The notes beneath the pieces were generated by a model. It had not been told where the DNA came from. It did not search any database and saw nothing but the letters and a program-made list of their open reading frames with translations. A stretch of DNA of 63,587 nt, counting the filler, from Pelomyxa schiedti (lineage: Eukaryota; Protista; Evosea), in assembly GCA_020536535.1 (NCBI GenBank). It is 13 parts of 13 records of this genome, joined end to end, with 100 filler letters (N's around TTAATTAATTAA, not from the genome) between each part and the next. Parts side by side here need not be neighbours in the genome. Positions count along the whole stretch, not along the records: positions 55,021 to 61,009 come from JAHLWZ010000224.1; positions 61,110 to 62,428 come from JAHLWZ010002596.1; positions 62,529 to 63,587 come from JAHLWZ010002908.1; 10 more parts are not named here. One strand, written 5' to 3'. Position numbers and translations under genes: made by a program. Shown in pieces: positions 60,301-63,587 of this stretch (positions are counted from its first letter, which is position 1; each line of letters starts with the position of its first letter).

Positions 60301-61009
60301 ATTCCAGATAATCCCATACCTCGCAAGCAAAGGCGAGTCAGGATATACTCACCTACTGGCCTATCTCCCTCACCCTCCACATCCCCATCGTCCATGGGTA
60401 TATTTTTCCCAACAGCCGTATCCCCCGTTTTGTCCCCCCGAAAGACAATCACTTCTGATGCAAATCAAGAGCAAACAACAATGAATTTCCCAAAGACTGC
60501 CGACCCATCATTAGCTGCAATGTCTCCAAGTAAGCAATCACCCTCCCCACAAATTCTCGCAGACACAGTGCCCACTATAGCCGCATCCGCAATTACCACG
60601 GAACCGCAGCCCACAGTTCCCATCATTCCCATCATTCCCACCATTCTTGCCGTTCCCACCACTCCCACCGTGCCTACTATTTCAACCGATCTGATATCAG
60701 CGGTGATAAGTCCAATTTCCCCCAAGCAGGAAACACCCCCACCAGAACCGACTCCTTTACAAGAAGTCCCTTCTCCATCCCCAATTGTTAATACAGATGA
60801 AGAGGTAGCTTCCGAGAGTAAGGCCAGTTCTGATGTCACAGAAATCCGTACGTCAAAAGTAGAAGATGCACAGATCACAACCCAATTGGACAATTGCTCT
60901 GATCGTGCCAAACTGGCTTTTCGAGATACTGGCATAGATGCCGTCCTTAGAATAGATGCACAATCCAATCCCAACGTTACTTCTTGTATTGCTCCTGAAG
61001 AATTCGTCG
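57386..61009 (+). CDS. RUN-domain protein with long Pro/Gln/Thr-rich region (3' end cut by linker)
   Basis: LFVLESALLLGLK...RGRTRVFLRAALND..ISDYLNAL...KYYTTDSVL...LQSLQVVQFQL fits the RUN consensus; followed by 552-aa and 256-aa low-complexity frames. Confidence 0.85.
58933..59329 (+). repeat. In-frame 180-bp tandem duplication plus (CAAGCA)n tract
   Basis: QSTKQLQQPENKPVPT...IVGSQAQA at 58933 and 59113; a QA run follows. Confidence 0.92.
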
Positions 61010-61199
61010 NNNNNNNNNNNNNNNNNNNNNNNNNNNNNNNNNNNNNNNNNNNNTTAATTAATTAANNNNNNNNNNNNNNNNNNNNNNNNNNNNNNNNNNN
61101 NNNNNNNNNGAAGAGACAAGGCGGGTACCGCTTGTTCCTCTTCACCCCAGAGCGGCATGGTCTCCCCTAGTAGCAGCGATTTTTTTGATGGTGTGGAGA

Positions 61200-62428
61200 T
61201 AAACAAAGAGACAAGTCACTGCACAGTCTCATTCCCATTTGTTTTGTGTTCCCTTTTCCATCACTCCTCGAGCCATCTACATCTGCTCTTGTTTAATTGT
61301 TTTATCTCTGAATACATACAGTTCGCTTTTGCGTTTGTTTGGTAAATAATAAATTAATTTACATTTATTTGTAATTTATTTCGTGACTTTTCTAATTCTT
61401 AAGAAAATTAAAGTAAGTAATTTGGAATTATCTGGTTAATTTACTTTTTTATTTTTTTTAAATAAGTCTATATTAAAATTAAAGCAACTAGTAACCTACG
61501 CATTTAGGTCTTGTTTTCCATTCGACCTGTACGAAAAGTCTCCAGCCATTACACCACATCCCTTTTTGTATTTACAGCTTCGCACTGGTATGTATCTTCT
61601 TTCTTCGTTTCCTCTTTTTTCCAGTCCGACATAACATAATTTAGGTGCCGGATGTGGCTGTCATCCCAGCCGCGGTCACTTCCTTCTGTCTGTATTTTCC
61701 TCACCGTCACGGTATGTAACCTCTTTTTTTTTTTTTTTTTTACACTTCAGAAGACCGCTCGGCTGCTAAGATTAGGACCGACACGAATATGCATCCCTTC
61801 CCCTTTTGTCATCACCCCACCCAACAGTTGGTACCAGACTCGGGGGACCCGAAGGTCGAATTCCAGGGGTGCACCACAGACGATTATTATTCTTGCTCTC
61901 TCAACCCCTTTCACTCTCATGCATTCCCACAATGCCTCTCCAAAATGAGGAGAAAAAAAAAGGCACAACGATTTGGTATTCAAAGACTATAGTCTTTTTT
62001 TTTTTGCCTGAAGTCGATTTTCGACTTCAGGCCAGTACAGAGGGTGAGGATCGTGAGAGTGTGAGAGGAATTCGGCCTTGTCATGCCGGTACCTCGTATC
62101 AGGCTGATGACAAAAGGGAAGGGATGTGCATTGGTGTTTGTTGTCAATTATGTTAGGGCATACGGAAACGAAGAAAGAAGAAGCCACATAACAGAAAGCT
62201 GCTGCAAATACAAAAAAGGATGTGGTGTAATGGCCGGAGACTTTTCGTACATGTTGAATGAAAACAAGACCTAGATGCGTAATTACTTGCTGTAATATTA
62301 ATATAAACTATTTATTTAAACAAAATAAAAAAGTTAATAATTAACGATAATGTAGTATTGCACCAATTTAAATAAACTATTGGGAAATAATTTAAATAAA
62401 TTAGAAGCATAATAAGCAAATGGAACGG
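61200..62428. repeat. Inverted pair of an AT-rich dispersed repeat also present inside the 4766-5684 element
   Basis: TACGCAT(C/T)TAGGTCTT..TACGAAAAGTCTCC(G/A)GCCA at about 5164 (+), about 61497 (+) and about 62230-62281 (-). Confidence 0.85.
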
Positions 62429-62528
62429 NNNNNNNNNNNNNNNNNNNNNNNNNNNNNNNNNNNNNNNNNNNNTTAATTAATTAANNNNNNNNNNNNNNNN
62501 NNNNNNNNNNNNNNNNNNNNNNNNNNNN

Positions 62529-62705
62529 GGAAAACGCAGCGTCGCAGAACAGGCACCCGCACACTCTGTCGTCGTCCTCGGCGTCCGACGACGCCGCGGC
62601 CGCGTAGCATTCTTCGTCGCTCTCCTCCTCGTCGATGGGTATGTGCTCGGCGCGGCGATCGTTATCCTCCTCCTCGATGTGTGTCGGTGCCGCTTGTTGT
62701 GACAT
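62529..62705 (-). CDS. Acidic N-terminus plus start of a C2H2 finger (PRMT3/ZNF277-like), cut by linker
   Basis: MSQQAAP...DEEESDEE...DAEDDDRVCGCLFCDAAF. Confidence 0.5.
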
Positions 62706-62797
62706 TTCGAATACGCGAAATTGCGACGCACAATTGCAAAGGTGAACAACAAATTTTTCGCTTAACAATCAGAAACCAGTCTCTGAGTTGAGAGGTG

Positions 62798-63587
62798 ATG
62801 GCGACGTCGTGCATCGACGGCAACAGCAACGACAATTGTCGTCATTGCATCGATATTGCGGGCCCAAAACCAAATGGGTGCCCTGGTTCCAGCCGTTGGC
62901 CACATCGTCGGCCGCCTATTGTGGGACCTGGTCAGGGACACATCGACCACGTTCGTGCTGCGTGTCAAGGGTGGCGATTCCCCTTGCACATGCAGTGGTG
63001 CCAAAAACCTGTGTGAGAATCTCGCGGCTTCTTGGGAGTGTGGTTGGTGACGTGGAGCAGAGGATGACAGGCACGACCCTGAGGTGCTACTGGCTGAGTG
63101 ACACTGTGTTCGTGGGGATGGCACGTGACGGCAATTGCAAGGCGGAAAATAAAATAAATTTTTTCCCAGAGTGATTCCTCTTCTTGTTTTTTTTTTCCCG
63201 CGGCGCTCCATTGAGTGCTTGGGCAACACTTCCCGCAGGACGCAGGGTCCCCTGCGTCAGGGCGGATACGGTAGCGGGGCTGGTACACGAAAAAAAGTGG
63301 CTGGTGAGGTGTGGTGACAATTCTGCCGCTAATCAGAGCGACGACCCGGAGGCCTGATGAGGAGCTGGTGCTGGTCACTGTGAGGCTGGGGACACTCCCT
63401 CTGAAAGCCCTTTCACTTATCTCTTTGCTCTAACTTTATGATGGTGATGGGACAACCACCCAACACACCAACTATGGAGTTCATTGTGATTAACTGCTGA
63501 GGCATAGTGCCACCATCAGACCCACATTCGCAACTGTGGTGGTAAACTTGTGTGCAGAGGAATGAACAAGGCAAGGTACCAATTCCA
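62798..63587 (+). pseudogene. Degenerate QF-family-like gene
   Basis: RAQNQMGAL...IVGRLLWDLV in one frame, VRISRLLGSVV...CYWLSDTVFV in another; unrelated sequence and stops follow. Confidence 0.45.

Noticed and set aside
63239-63258. GACGCAGGG-tc-CCCTGCGTC hairpin (also an imperfect palindrome at 61110-61143)
   Set aside because: Single short stems without a U-tract or repeated context; not enough to call a terminator or ncRNA.
1-63587. rRNA, tRNA, prokaryotic operons, prophage or retroelement RT
   Set aside because: None recognised by eye; tRNAscan-SE, Infernal and HMM searches were not run, so small RNAs could be missed.

Overview
Eukaryotic DNA from a draft assembly: a compact, intron-containing protist genome with short (about 47-66 nt) GT-AG introns. 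The gene families resemble, from memory and unverified, those of the anaerobic amoeba Pelomyxa (Archamoebae). The window is not one locus. Thirteen contigs are joined by twelve artificial N44-TTAATTAATTAA-N44 linkers, and there are four ~100-N gaps, three with duplicated flanks. The dominant content is two expanded, fast-turnover gene families. (1) About 15 genes or fragments, most with an N-terminal '(A)RDQFxAL...RCGxxSP...I/WxxxW...VSxTLGV' motif followed by a highly variable Cys/Trp/Val-rich beta-type region. (2) Four 'SRVVW' ankyrin-like repeat genes, three of them in a tandem array. Also present: a SEL1-repeat/PINK1-like kinase fusion, a decayed SEL1 gene, a sedolisin/TPP1 peptidase, a cyclophilin first exon, a NEK-like kinase with a SPRY-like domain, a C1-C1-Zn-finger PI3/PI4 kinase, a RUN-domain P/Q-rich protein and a possible CudA-like factor. 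Mobile content includes a 919-bp TA-flanked TIR element, a fold-back around a Sola/DUF7869-like transposase remnant, and a 7-kb repeat mosaic. Paralog differences include many CpG transitions, suggesting DNA methylation. All family assignments are by eye; no database searches were run.
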